In this document: positions 18,743 through 28,458 of the stretch, in pieces | Layout: the number at the start of each line of letters is the position of its first letter | How positions within the stretch are numbered: the stretch's first letter is position 1 | Source of the DNA: an uncultured Candidatus Saccharibacteria bacterium | GTDB lineage: Bacteria > Patescibacteriota > Doudnabacteria > UBA920 | Length of the DNA stretch: 64,000 nucleotides | Reading direction: 5' to 3' | Assembly (NCBI GenBank): GCA_964532005.1 | Contig: CAZHER010000002.1 | Location: 8,813 to 72,812, forward strand | Position numbers and translations under genes: made by a program | Notes under the pieces: generated by a model | The model's database searches: none | Seen by the model: the letters and a program-made list of their open reading frames with translations, nothing else | Told to the model about the DNA's origin: nothing

Positions 18743-20020
18743 TCAACGTTTTATCAAAGTTCTTGATTCATTCAGAGCCTGACCAATTGCCTGTTTTGGA
18801 TCCATACCGTTTTTGACAACATTATCTATCATTTTATTCAAAATGACATTCATCTTTGCCTCGTCAGGCTTGTAAAAAGATTTGGCAGTTAAATTGGCGT
18901 GTGCAAACACCCCGATTTCAAGATCTTGTATTTGTAAGGCTATCAGGTCTTTGCGCGAGGATGGTTGTTTATTTTTAGCATAATATTTATCTAATGCATC
19001 TTTTGAAGTAGCAAATTTTAGAAAATCCCATGCAACTTCACTGTTCTTGCTCTGTTTGTTTACAACCTCTCCAAAATAATTTGCAAAGTTTACCGATGGA
19101 TTGTTCAAATTTTCCTGCGGTACTGGGGCCACATCAAAATTTAAATTTGGGGACTTTGCCAATATCTGTTCCCTGGCATAGTTATAGCTATATAACATAG
19201 CTGTTCGTCCGTTTGCAAAAGCATCAATAGAATAGTCGCTTCTCTCATTCCAATTGTAGTTTTCACTGTTAGGATCTGCAAAAGACAAATAGAATTCAAA
19301 CCCTTTTACAGCCTCATTGCTACTGAATTGGGGGCTCAATCCATCAGCAGACCATGGGGTAGCTCCTGCCTGCATCATCATTAAAGCCACGATATCCTGA
19401 GCTCTATTTACGTTTGTGCTGGTTCCAATTGCGACCCCGCTTCGTGCAAAATATCCGGTTTTATCATAAGCAGTAATATCTCTGACATCCCGTTCTAACT
19501 CAGCCCAACTTTTGGGAGGGGCTGTAATTCCAACCGTGCCCAAAATATCCTTATTATAATAAAGTGCCAATGAATCAACTGACAAAGCAGTACCGTAGAT
19601 CTTCTGATCCTTAGTAAAATCTTTAATGACTACATCAACGAAAGCGTCACGATATTCTTTGTAACTGAACTTCTTTTCGTCTGCCGGCGTAACCTTATCT
19701 AAATATTTTGGTAGCCATGTATTATTAATGGAAAAGATATCAGGTCCTTGTCCTGCAGCCAATGCATTGAGTAGATCTTCTTCATAAGTCTCAATATTGC
19801 GCTTGCTGTATTCAAAAGAAACATTTGGATGCTCCTTGTGGTACGCATCAAACAAAACTCTCATTGTGCCTTCTTCAGCAAAAGGCTTCCATATAGTCAA
19901 AGTAACTTTATCTGCTTTGGCTGGGCCCCGATCACCGCCGCAACTTATTGCCAACATGGGCACCACAACTAGTATGGCCAAGAAACGGGAGTAAAATTTT
20001 ATTTTGTTGAATTTTTTCAT
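18743..20020 (-). CDS. ABC transporter substrate-binding lipoprotein (family 1, sugar-type); orphan, with no permease or ATPase adjacent
   Basis: It has a lipobox (LAISCGG) and typical SBP length and composition. Confidence 0.7.
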   Translation of the reverse strand: MKKFNKIKFYSRFLAILVVVPMLAISCGGDRGPAKADKVTLTIWKPFAEEGTMRVLFDAYHKEHPNVSFEYSKRNIETYEEDLLNALAAGQGPDIFSINNTWLPKYLDKVTPADEKKFSYKEYRDAFVDVVIKDFTKDQKIYGTALSVDSLALYYNKDILGTVGITAPPKSWAELERDVRDITAYDKTGYFARSGVAIGTSTNVNRAQDIVALMMMQAGATPWSADGLSPQFSSNEAVKGFEFYLSFADPNSENYNWNERSDYSIDAFANGRTAMLYSYNYAREQILAKSPNLNFDVAPVPQENLNNPSVNFANYFGEVVNKQSKNSEVAWDFLKFATSKDALDKYYAKNKQPSSRKDLIALQIQDLEIGVFAHANLTAKSFYKPDEAKMNVILNKMIDNVVKNGMDPKQAIGQALNESRTLIKR

Positions 20021-20044
20021 TTTTGTTTCTTTTAAATATAATTT

Positions 20045-20956
20045 TTACAAAGGCAGTTGTTTTAAATATTCACTAAATTCAGCGTTTAGATCTTCATGCT
20101 TCAACCCGAACTCTACAACAGCTTTTAAATATTCCAACTTATTTCCGCAATCATAGTATCGCCCATTTTTTACTTCCGATGCATAGCATGTTTTGCCTTG
20201 CTCAAGCATAATTTTCAAAGCATCCACATAGCCGTTCTCTCCAGTATAGTTTTGCTGTTTCATTCTAGCCATAGACTCCTCAATGGCGTTAAACATATCG
20301 GGTTCAAAAACATAGCCAGAAACCACGGCAATATGTTCTTTCTCCAAAGCTTGACCAGGTTTTTCTACAACTTCTTCAATTTTCAATATCCCGTCTTTTA
20401 CTGGAGTGCCCGAAGCATAACCGTATCTTTTATAGTCTTCCGGTTTAAACGCTTTAATTCCACCTAGCACCGCATTGCCGCCTATTTCTTCATATGCCGA
20501 AACCAATTGCTGGCTCCTGGAAGGACTGGCTTCAATAAAATCGTCACCGAATAAAACCAAAAAGGGTTCATTGCCAATAATATTGCGTGCATTCCATATT
20601 GGGGTCGCATTACCGGTAGGACCTTTTTGTCGCAAGAAGTAAAAGTTGGCCATATTCGCGATTTTGCGAATATTTTCCAGTTCAGCATGCTTGCCCGCCT
20701 GCTCTAATCTTTGTTCCAGTTCAAACGGGTAGTCAAAATGGTCTTCAATATTTCGCTTGTGCCAGCCACTGACTATAATAATGTCTTCAATGCCTGCTTT
20801 TACTGCATCTTCTACCACATACTGAATGATCGGCTTGTCCACCACTGGCAGCATTTCTTTGGGCTGAGCTTTCGTTGCAGGCAAAAATCTTGTCCCAAAC
20901 CCTGCAGCAGGAATTATCGCTTTGCGAACTTTTTTTATCATGAGCATATTATACAA
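20045..20956 (-). CDS. galU: UTP--glucose-1-phosphate uridylyltransferase
   Basis: The N-terminal [40 protein letters not shown] is the GalU signature. Confidence 0.85.
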   Translation of the reverse strand: [303 protein letters not shown]

Positions 20957-20964
20957 TATTTTTG

Positions 20965-22506
20965 CTACTCTCCCAACCTCCCCAAACGGTAAAATAAAGC
21001 TTCGCTTATGTGATGTTCTTCAATATTCTCCACCATTTCCAAATCAGCAATCGTTCTAGCAACCTTCAAAACCTTAAAAACCCCGCGGACCGATAAAAAG
21101 TATTTGGTTTGCGCTTCTTGTATGATGGTATTGGCGGGTTCTTTCAGAGTGCAAAAAAGTTTTAGTTCGTCAGCCGTCATTCCTGAATTAGTTTTATACC
21201 GCCCCAACCTGCGATGCTGTATATCCCTACAGCTCGCAACTCTTTTTTGTATGTTAGCAGAGCATTCATTGGTAATACTTTGCTCTATGAATAATCCGTT
21301 GTATTCTCGGTTCACAAAAATTCTCATATCAATCCTATCAATTAACGGACCGGATAATTTTTGTGAATATTTTCTTATTGAATTTGGGGTGCACTCACAC
21401 CGGTTTGTGCCGTCTCCATGAAATCCACATGGACAAGGATTATATGCGGTAACTAACATAAAGTCAGCTGGAAAAATTGTTGCGTAATTTTTCTTATTTA
21501 TAAAAATCTGCTTTTCCTCAAGTGGCTGACGCAAAGCTTCCAAAATACTCCGCGGAAATTCAGTTAGTTCATCTAGAAATAGAACTCCTTTGTTGGCTAG
21601 GGAAATTTCACCGGGGTAGGGCAAATTTCCTCCACCAATAATGGCTGGACGCGAGGATGCATGGTGGGGTGAACGAAAAGGTCGAACGTGAGAAAGGTCT
21701 AAAACTTTGTGCGTTCCAGATACTGAATATATTTTTGCAGCTTCTAAAAATTCATCTTCGGACAAAGGAGGAAGGATTCCGATTAATGATTTTGCTAGCA
21801 TAGTTTTTCCGGATCCTGGTGGTCCTGTCATGCTCAAGTTGTGTCCCCCTGCCGCAGCAATTTCTAAGGCGCGTTTGGCCGTGGCCTGACCTTCAATATT
21901 TTTAAAGTCAACTTCTAGTTGCCCTCCTGCCTTCATAATATTAGATTTTGATCCAAGCCTAATAGAGGGTAACTGAATTTTCCCTAAAAAATAATTTTTC
22001 AATTCTGTAATACTATTCACACCAACAACATTCGGTCCTTGTACCAACAAAGCTTCTTCAATGTTATCTTTCGGAACAAAGACTGAATCTACGCCCACAG
22101 TCTTTGCTAATAGCATAGTGGGCAAAATTCCATTAACCGGCCGTAAAAACCCTTCCATAGAAAGTTCACCCACAAAAATACTAGGCCTTTTGCCTTGATA
22201 AACCAGCTGCTTTGAAGCAAATAAAACCCCCATGGCAATAGCCAAATCAAAGCGAGTTCCCTGTTTCGGCAAAAAAGCCGGGGCTAAGTTGATGGCAATC
22301 TTTAATACAGGATATTTTAACCCCGAGCTCCTTATTGCAGACCGTACTCTTTCGCGGCTTTCTCTGACAGCCACACTAGGCAACCCCACAATAACAGTTC
22401 TAGGCAGGCCTCGGGCAACGTCTACTTCTACATCGACCAATTCTGCATTTACTCCTACTATGGTGCTACTCAATACTCTGGCAATCATTTTGCCATTATA
22501 CTCCAA
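20965..22506 (-). CDS. comM: YifB/ComM family Mg-chelatase-like AAA+ ATPase
   Basis: It has an N-terminal Lon-like domain (MIARVLSSTIVGVNAELVDVEVDV), the Walker A GPPGSGKTMLA and a C-terminal Mg-chelatase-like region. Confidence 0.85.
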   Translation of the reverse strand: MEYNGKMIARVLSSTIVGVNAELVDVEVDVARGLPRTVIVGLPSVAVRESRERVRSAIRSSGLKYPVLKIAINLAPAFLPKQGTRFDLAIAMGVLFASKQLVYQGKRPSIFVGELSMEGFLRPVNGILPTMLLAKTVGVDSVFVPKDNIEEALLVQGPNVVGVNSITELKNYFLGKIQLPSIRLGSKSNIMKAGGQLEVDFKNIEGQATAKRALEIAAAGGHNLSMTGPPGSGKTMLAKSLIGILPPLSEDEFLEAAKIYSVSGTHKVLDLSHVRPFRSPHHASSRPAIIGGGNLPYPGEISLANKGVLFLDELTEFPRSILEALRQPLEEKQIFINKKNYATIFPADFMLVTAYNPCPCGFHGDGTNRCECTPNSIRKYSQKLSGPLIDRIDMRIFVNREYNGLFIEQSITNECSANIQKRVASCRDIQHRRLGRYKTNSGMTADELKLFCTLKEPANTIIQEAQTKYFLSVRGVFKVLKVARTIADLEMVENIEEHHISEALFYRLGRLGE

Positions 22507-22531
22507 GCCAGTTCACAGAAAAATAACTACT

Positions 22532-22975
22532 TTATAAATTTTTCCTAAATCGTGGGGAAAAATCAAGCAACAACAAAATAAAAACACCACCTAAAATATA
22601 AAAATCCGCAACATTTAAAATCCCGCCAAATATTGAAATAAAATCTTTCACATAACCCAAAACTATCCTCTCCGCAACATTGGAAACTGCTCCCGCCCCA
22701 ATGAAAGTCCAAGCTAATTTTCTAGGTATATCAAAAGTTAGAAAACTCCTGTACATATACACTGCCAAAATTGTTAAAGCAGTCCCATATACTAAATACA
22801 TTACCACTTGTGGAACAGGGGCGCTAAAAGCAAAGTAATAATTTTTAAAATGATCTGTAACAAAAAACTTAATTACTTGATCTACAAAAATTGCCAACAA
22901 AAAAATACAAAAATAAAAACCGACAGAAAAAGATTTTCTTACGGTTTGTAAACTTTTTTCTCCCACTAAAACCAA
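22532..22975 (-). CDS. lspA: lipoprotein signal peptidase II
   Basis: It has 4 TM segments and the conserved segment FIGAGAVSNVAERIVLGYVKDFISI...NVADFYI. Confidence 0.7.
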   Translation of the reverse strand: MVLVGEKSLQTVRKSFSVGFYFCIFLLAIFVDQVIKFFVTDHFKNYYFAFSAPVPQVVMYLVYGTALTILAVYMYRSFLTFDIPRKLAWTFIGAGAVSNVAERIVLGYVKDFISIFGGILNVADFYILGGVFILLLLDFSPRFRKNL

Positions 22976-22979
22976 AAAA

Positions 22980-23294
22980 TTAAATTGCCTTGTCTGCCCA
23001 TGGAATTACGCGCAGCCTGGCTTCGGAAATTTCTTTTCCCTCGCTATCGGTTCCATAAGTACCAGCAGCAATTTTTTGCAGAGCAATGTCTATTTTCTCC
23101 AAGTCGCTTTTCAAAACCGCAATGACATCTTGGCTGATTTCATCCAGCTGAACTTCCTGCGCATTTTCTTCCAAATCTTGTCCGAGCTCGGTGTGGGAAC
23201 TTAAACCGGAAAGCTCTTCGCTTAATTCGGCTTTTTTTGCTTCCAACACTTGTCTCATTTCTTCGATAAAATCTTGAGTTAACATAAGTTTCAA
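22980..23294 (-). CDS. DksA/TraR-family-like protein lacking the C4 zinc-finger cysteines
   Basis: It has a coiled-coil N-terminus. The C-terminal segment GTYGTDSEGKEISEARLRVIPWADKAI aligns to the DksA GxYGxCxxCGxxIxxxRLxAxPxA motif, but Cys is replaced by T, S, G and K. Confidence 0.45.
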   Translation of the reverse strand: MKLMLTQDFIEEMRQVLEAKKAELSEELSGLSSHTELGQDLEENAQEVQLDEISQDVIAVLKSDLEKIDIALQKIAAGTYGTDSEGKEISEARLRVIPWADKAI

Positions 23295-23981
23295 ATCTAT
23301 TAATATAGTAAGTATAGCTTTTTGACGAAAATTTTACAAAAAAAATAAGCGGCCATCATGGCCCGTATAAAATATAGTTTAAAGGGGCTGATAGCCGCTA
23401 TAAAGCCCGAAGATTGAGCTCCCTGACGCTTCAGATGCAGGGCCTTAACCTTTAAGACCCTAAACCTGGAGCATCAGACAACATTTTCGTCTCTTCGAAC
23501 TGCCTTGAACCGAAGTTCAAGAAAGCGTCTGAATTTCAATCAATTTCAAACTGCACTCTAAACTTCCCTTATGGTCATATTACTGACCTCAAACTTTTTG
23601 TTCTTTTATTTTTGTTTTTGAAAATTTTTGTGCCTTTTAAGGAAAGGCAAGAACCTACATTTTATTTTTGTTTTTCAGGCAGCCTGGATTGAAACAGGCT
23701 ATGACGGAAAGTTTAAAGGAAAAATATACTTAAAACAGCAATATTAGCTGACTTCAGTACAAATTTCCTCAGTCCAGTTTGTTTTTATTTGTTTTTCAAG
23801 GTGCGAATCACTATCACTACAGATATATTACCAGAAATTTTGCCTTTTGTCAATATTATGCCATATTACTGTCAAATTTGCTCATATATAAGATAAAAAT
23901 TTTTATTGTATAATAAATTTTTTATGTATCTTGGCTGTATGAGAAGCATTATTTTGCTGTGGATAAGTTGTTGAAAAGTTG

Positions 23982-26204
23982 TTAACTTTGTGGAGAACTG
24001 TTAAGAAATGATAATTTTTGTATAGCCTGAAATATATATCTTTCTCTATTATTCCGAGGGTGGGGCATACAAATGATAGAAAGTCTTTTATTTAAGGTGG
24101 TTTTCAGTAATTTAAGAAGTAAATACAAATCCAATATAGCCTCTATATCAGGAAACTGCTCTCTCCAATATTCAGCTAAAGCTTTTGTGTAGGGGTGGGA
24201 CATGTTTTCGTGGGGGTAATCTGTAATTATCAAAGTTTTAGGGTATATTCTGCGACCTTCTTGTTGAATAAGCAGGCTGTTAGTGGCAATAAGGATATTG
24301 TCTGCCTTTATGCCAAAATTCCTTATGATCTTGTTGCTCCCACCAGAATAACCCTGGGCGTAGATAGTAGCGAACTGCTTTAGGTTATCATAATTCTCAT
24401 TATAAAAGTCTTTAACTTCAGGCAAGCTTCCCATTATCACTGCAGCAGGAAGGTTTTCTGAAGTAAGGTATTGCACAAAATCATTACCGATACTTTGCAA
24501 AGGGATATTTTCGATGTTTGGCTTACCAGGCTCTATAACCAATGACAGCGCTTCCAGTCCTAGCCTGCCGATCAAGTACGACAAAACAGGATCTCCAAAA
24601 TTTTCCAACGCGGAAACACTGGAAAACGAACTGATGATATTTTTACTGTCATTTAAAACGTGTAACGGCTGATTGAAAAATATACAATTGGTCTGCGAGT
24701 GCTCAATCCATTTTATATAATTAACATCTTCGGCAAAGAACGTTCTTAAATTAGAAACCAACCGGAATATTTCAGGAACTTTATAACCCGCAAATGCACG
24801 CTCAATTTTCTGAGCATAATTTTCTGCGGCTTGTCTAATTTTTGTATCAGCGTAATCTTGTACCGACAAGTCAGTCAGAGCAACATAGGCGCTTTTGGAA
24901 AAATATTTTTGCAGAGTTAAAACAACGAGACTAAAAAACAAATCTGTATCAGCAACGCACTCGGTAAAAACTTCTGCGGGGATATTTTGCTCATTTTGTT
25001 GCTCTAGACTGCGCAAAGTATATAAAAACTTTTGCCAACTCAGTCTGCGCTCGTTGCCGGTACTAAGGTTGTATTCATATTCATGCAAACTGGAAATTAT
25101 TAATTGCCGTTCTCTAACCAACTCTTGTTTGCTGACAAAGTCCAATGAACCATAATCTGTACATAAGACACCAATATCCGAAAAATTCGGAATGGGAGCA
25201 GGACTGATATAGTCGCGAAACTGACCACCAAAAAAAGTCAGATTAAGATCCAAAATACAAATGGTCTGCCAGTTGGTCGCCTGCCAAACAAGAATTTTTA
25301 AAGCAAACTTAATTTCATCGTGGGTAAGACTGCCATTCTCCAAAAATCTTGTAAATTTCTGCTCATTAAAAAAATCCTGTGGTGAAAATACAGCTTGTGC
25401 AAAACCATTGCGCCACATAGTTAGAGCTTGTTGTTTATTTTCGACCGCAACCAGATATTTATTGCCGTCATAAACGGGCATTGCTGGAGTTTTGGGGATC
25501 GCAGACAATTGTCCTGACAGAATTACGCCGGGGTCAATTTTCCTAAAATTCTCTTCGGGTTTATCAGTTTCTTTATTTGAATCGGAAGCTTTAGAGATTA
25601 AAACCAAGCGCTCTTTAAACAAGTCCGTCCAAGTAAAATCTACTGCTTTGGCTAAATCTAAAACCTTATTTCTCAAGTCATCAGATAACGAAGAAAATAA
25701 AAACATGAGTTGTTCCAAAATTTTTACAACAGCAATGCTGTCAGCCAAGGCCCGGTGGGCGTCGGGATGAGGAATTTTGAAATAATGCATTAGATTTTCC
25801 AAGTTGTAGCTATGATGAGTGGGAAGCAACCACTGTACCAAATCTAGGGTGTCGATTGATTTTCCCGACAGCTTAATTCCGAAAGCTTCCAGAAAAGTTA
25901 TATCTACTACAATATTGTGCCCGACCAGGACAGCATCTCCAATTTTATTTTGGATAAAATTTCGAAATTCGGAAAACTGAGGAGCATTATCTAGTTCTTC
26001 TTGAGTTAAACCTGTAAGCCCCAAGATTTTAGGGTGTACGGGAAAATTGGATTTAAAAATTTGTGACCACTGCTCAGTAATTTCTAGTCCTTTTCCCGAG
26101 GCGCGAAAAAAAACAAACCCGACTTCTAAAATCGTGTCGCGGCTTGGGTCGAACCCGGTGAGCTCTAGATCTAAACTACAATATATGGTTTTTGAATTTT
26201 CCAT
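23982..26204 (-). CDS. DnaQ-like 3'-5' exonuclease domain fused to a DinG-like helicase-type C-terminal region that lacks Walker A
   Basis: The N-terminus has DEDDh motifs (CSLDLELTGFDP; LVGHNIVVDITFL; HRALADS). The C-terminal ~570 aa contain helicase motif V/VI-like segments (ILIATNSLLIQQEG...LIITDYPHE) but no GxGKT/S P-loop. Confidence 0.6.
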   Translation of the reverse strand: MENSKTIYCSLDLELTGFDPSRDTILEVGFVFFRASGKGLEITEQWSQIFKSNFPVHPKILGLTGLTQEELDNAPQFSEFRNFIQNKIGDAVLVGHNIVVDITFLEAFGIKLSGKSIDTLDLVQWLLPTHHSYNLENLMHYFKIPHPDAHRALADSIAVVKILEQLMFLFSSLSDDLRNKVLDLAKAVDFTWTDLFKERLVLISKASDSNKETDKPEENFRKIDPGVILSGQLSAIPKTPAMPVYDGNKYLVAVENKQQALTMWRNGFAQAVFSPQDFFNEQKFTRFLENGSLTHDEIKFALKILVWQATNWQTICILDLNLTFFGGQFRDYISPAPIPNFSDIGVLCTDYGSLDFVSKQELVRERQLIISSLHEYEYNLSTGNERRLSWQKFLYTLRSLEQQNEQNIPAEVFTECVADTDLFFSLVVLTLQKYFSKSAYVALTDLSVQDYADTKIRQAAENYAQKIERAFAGYKVPEIFRLVSNLRTFFAEDVNYIKWIEHSQTNCIFFNQPLHVLNDSKNIISSFSSVSALENFGDPVLSYLIGRLGLEALSLVIEPGKPNIENIPLQSIGNDFVQYLTSENLPAAVIMGSLPEVKDFYNENYDNLKQFATIYAQGYSGGSNKIIRNFGIKADNILIATNSLLIQQEGRRIYPKTLIITDYPHENMSHPYTKALAEYWREQFPDIEAILDLYLLLKLLKTTLNKRLSIICMPHPRNNRERYIFQAIQKLSFLNSSPQS

Positions 26205-26276
26205 ACTTATATTATAAACATTTTCTGAATGCTCTCCAATGGCAAAACAAATCCGCCCTTTCGGGCGGATAGGTTA

Positions 26277-27341
26277 TTATTCTTCATCCTCTTCCAACTT
26301 ATTTGGCAGATGCTGTCCGCTCTTAAGCTTGTTGCGCAGCGCAGTATCTACTTTTTTCATTACTTCGGGATTTTCGCGCAAAAAAGCTTTTGCTGTTTCG
26401 CGTCCTACACCAAACTTAATATCTTCAAACGAATATGAGTTACCGTTTTTTTCAACAACACCCAAAGCCAATCCGGTATCTAAAATGTCGCCGGCTGCGG
26501 AAATTCCTTCGTTATACATGATATCAAACTCGGCAACTTTGAATGGGGCGGCAACCTTGTTTTTTACTATTTTTGCTTTTGTTCGGTTACCGATAATTTT
26601 ATCGCCTTCTTTAATTTGGGCTGATCGCCTTACTTCAACACGTACAGAAGCATAAAACTTTAAAGCATTGCCCCCGGTAGTTGTTTCTGGGTTGCCAAAC
26701 ATAACACCAATCTTCATTCGGATCTGGTTAATGAATATTACAGTGGTGTTGCTCTTGGAAATAATGCCGGTAAGTTTTCGAAGGGCTTGGCTCATTAGGC
26801 GGGCGTGCAAACCCATATGAGAAGCTCCCATTTCCCCTTCTATTTCAGCTCTTGGAGTAAGGGCTGCTACAGAGTCAATAACAATAAGGTCTAGAGCATT
26901 GCTGCGGACCAAAGTTTCGGCAATATCTAACGCTTGCTCACCGCTATCAGGTTGGGAAATCAACAAATCTTCCAACTTCACTCCGATCTTCCTTGCATAA
27001 TCTGGATCCAACGCATGCTCCGCATCTATAAAAGCTGCTAAACCACCCCGCTTTTGAGCTTCGGCTATCATATGTAGGGTCAGCGTGGTTTTACCAGAGC
27101 TTTCAGGTCCATAAATTTCGATAATTCTGCCTTTAGGAATCCCGCCGACACCCAAAGCCAAGTCTAAACTGATGCTCCCTGTTGGAATTGCCTCAACATT
27201 CATGGTGCCCTGGTCTGAAATTTTCATTATGCTTCCATCACCGAACTTGTCTCGAATTTGATCCATTGCATTTTCTACCGCGCCCCACTTGCCACTGGAT
27301 GGTACTGCTGATTTTATTTTCGTGGTTTTTGATTTAGCCAT
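26277..27341 (-). CDS. recA: recombinase RecA
   Basis: It carries [20 protein letters not shown] and the canonical RecA core. Confidence 0.95.
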   Translation of the reverse strand: MAKSKTTKIKSAVPSSGKWGAVENAMDQIRDKFGDGSIMKISDQGTMNVEAIPTGSISLDLALGVGGIPKGRIIEIYGPESSGKTTLTLHMIAEAQKRGGLAAFIDAEHALDPDYARKIGVKLEDLLISQPDSGEQALDIAETLVRSNALDLIVIDSVAALTPRAEIEGEMGASHMGLHARLMSQALRKLTGIISKSNTTVIFINQIRMKIGVMFGNPETTTGGNALKFYASVRVEVRRSAQIKEGDKIIGNRTKAKIVKNKVAAPFKVAEFDIMYNEGISAAGDILDTGLALGVVEKNGNSYSFEDIKFGVGRETAKAFLRENPEVMKKVDTALRNKLKSGQHLPNKLEEDEE

Positions 27342-27353
27342 ATTTATATCTTG

Positions 27354-28355
27354 TTAATTTTTTGGGGTTGCTACTGGCAACGAATCTTTAGTAAATGGGA
27401 TGGTTAATTTTTCTTTACTTCTGCCTAACTTACCAAGCTTCTGATTATTTAACACAGCTTCTATGCTTCCTGCGTCATCAGTTTCTAAAACTATTCCTGA
27501 GTTGGCGTTGATTTCTTCTACATAACCTTTAGCAACAGTTTTCTTTTGAGGGGTACCGTTGTCAGCCGTTATTATTCTGGTGGTCTCTTTTGAATATTTT
27601 AACTCTAATGTTAGTTCTGCATTGGAAATTGCCACGTCGGACGCTCCTGCTAGTGCCCCTGACTCCAAAGACGCAAGGGAAGCAGGAGATTCAACTAAAA
27701 CCAAAACTTGAGATCTTGTTTCCCGGTCAAACTTATTTTTTGCCTTTATGTCCAAAACTTTTTGTCCGGGAACCGCCCCTAGGGTAACACTAAATTTCCC
27801 ATCACCGTTTACAAAAATTTCTTGATCGTTAATAACCACAGTTGTTCCGGGTTCGGTTACGCCAGATACTTTAATTGAACCATCCTTAATTACACTACCA
27901 TTTGCTGGTTCAAAAATTTCTAAAGATGGATTTTTATCTATGGCGGCAACAGATGCCGTTAAGTAAACAATAATTGCCACAACTCCGGTAATCCCAACTG
28001 CTAAAGACAAAAGTTTTGGAGTAATCACCAATTTAGAAAAATAACCTTTAATTCCTGCGGACTCTTTTTGGTCAGGTCTAACTACTTTTTCTAAAATACC
28101 GCGCTCTCTTTGGTATTGAGCTATAACCGGTTGGCAAGGGATATTGTAAATCACTGCAAGCTTATTCAAAAACCCTACTATATATACATCCGGAGGCAGT
28201 TTATGAAACAATCCAGCTTCTAAATCTTTCAGATATTTCTCTGCAATTGCAGTTTTTGACGAAACTTCCTTGATAGATAAGCCAAGATCGGTGCGGATTT
28301 CCTGCAAGTACTCTCCTAAAGTGTCAATTGCTAGTTTTTTGGTTTGAAATACCAT
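27354..28355 (-). CDS. RodZ-like protein (N-terminal HTH, single TM, C-terminal extracytoplasmic domain)
   Basis: It has an XRE-type HTH (LGEYLQEIRTDLGLSIKEVSSKTAIAEKYLKDLE), a TM segment (LLSLAVGITGVVAIIVYL) and a C-terminal beta-rich domain. Confidence 0.55.
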   Translation of the reverse strand: MVFQTKKLAIDTLGEYLQEIRTDLGLSIKEVSSKTAIAEKYLKDLEAGLFHKLPPDVYIVGFLNKLAVIYNIPCQPVIAQYQRERGILEKVVRPDQKESAGIKGYFSKLVITPKLLSLAVGITGVVAIIVYLTASVAAIDKNPSLEIFEPANGSVIKDGSIKVSGVTEPGTTVVINDQEIFVNGDGKFSVTLGAVPGQKVLDIKAKNKFDRETRSQVLVLVESPASLASLESGALAGASDVAISNAELTLELKYSKETTRIITADNGTPQKKTVAKGYVEEINANSGIVLETDDAGSIEAVLNNQKLGKLGRSKEKLTIPFTKDSLPVATPKN

Positions 28356-28458
28356 ATATTCAACAAATTTGTTTTAGTTTGCTCGTCTTTTTACTGTACC
28401 AAAATTTGCCGGACTTGTCAGGAATGACAAATTTCCGGCAAATATATATAGTGTTTCC

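Noticed and set aside
23381-23760. Possible tmRNA (ssrA) starting at GGGGCTGAT
   Set aside because: The 5' nonamer matches the tmRNA start. I could not find the required 3' tRNA-like T-arm and the acceptor strand complementary to GGGGCTG followed by CCA on either strand. I kept it only as a generic ncRNA candidate region.
26239-26655. Plus-strand ORFs 26229..26438 and 26239..26655 antisense to recA
   Set aside because: They are antisense shadows of recA.
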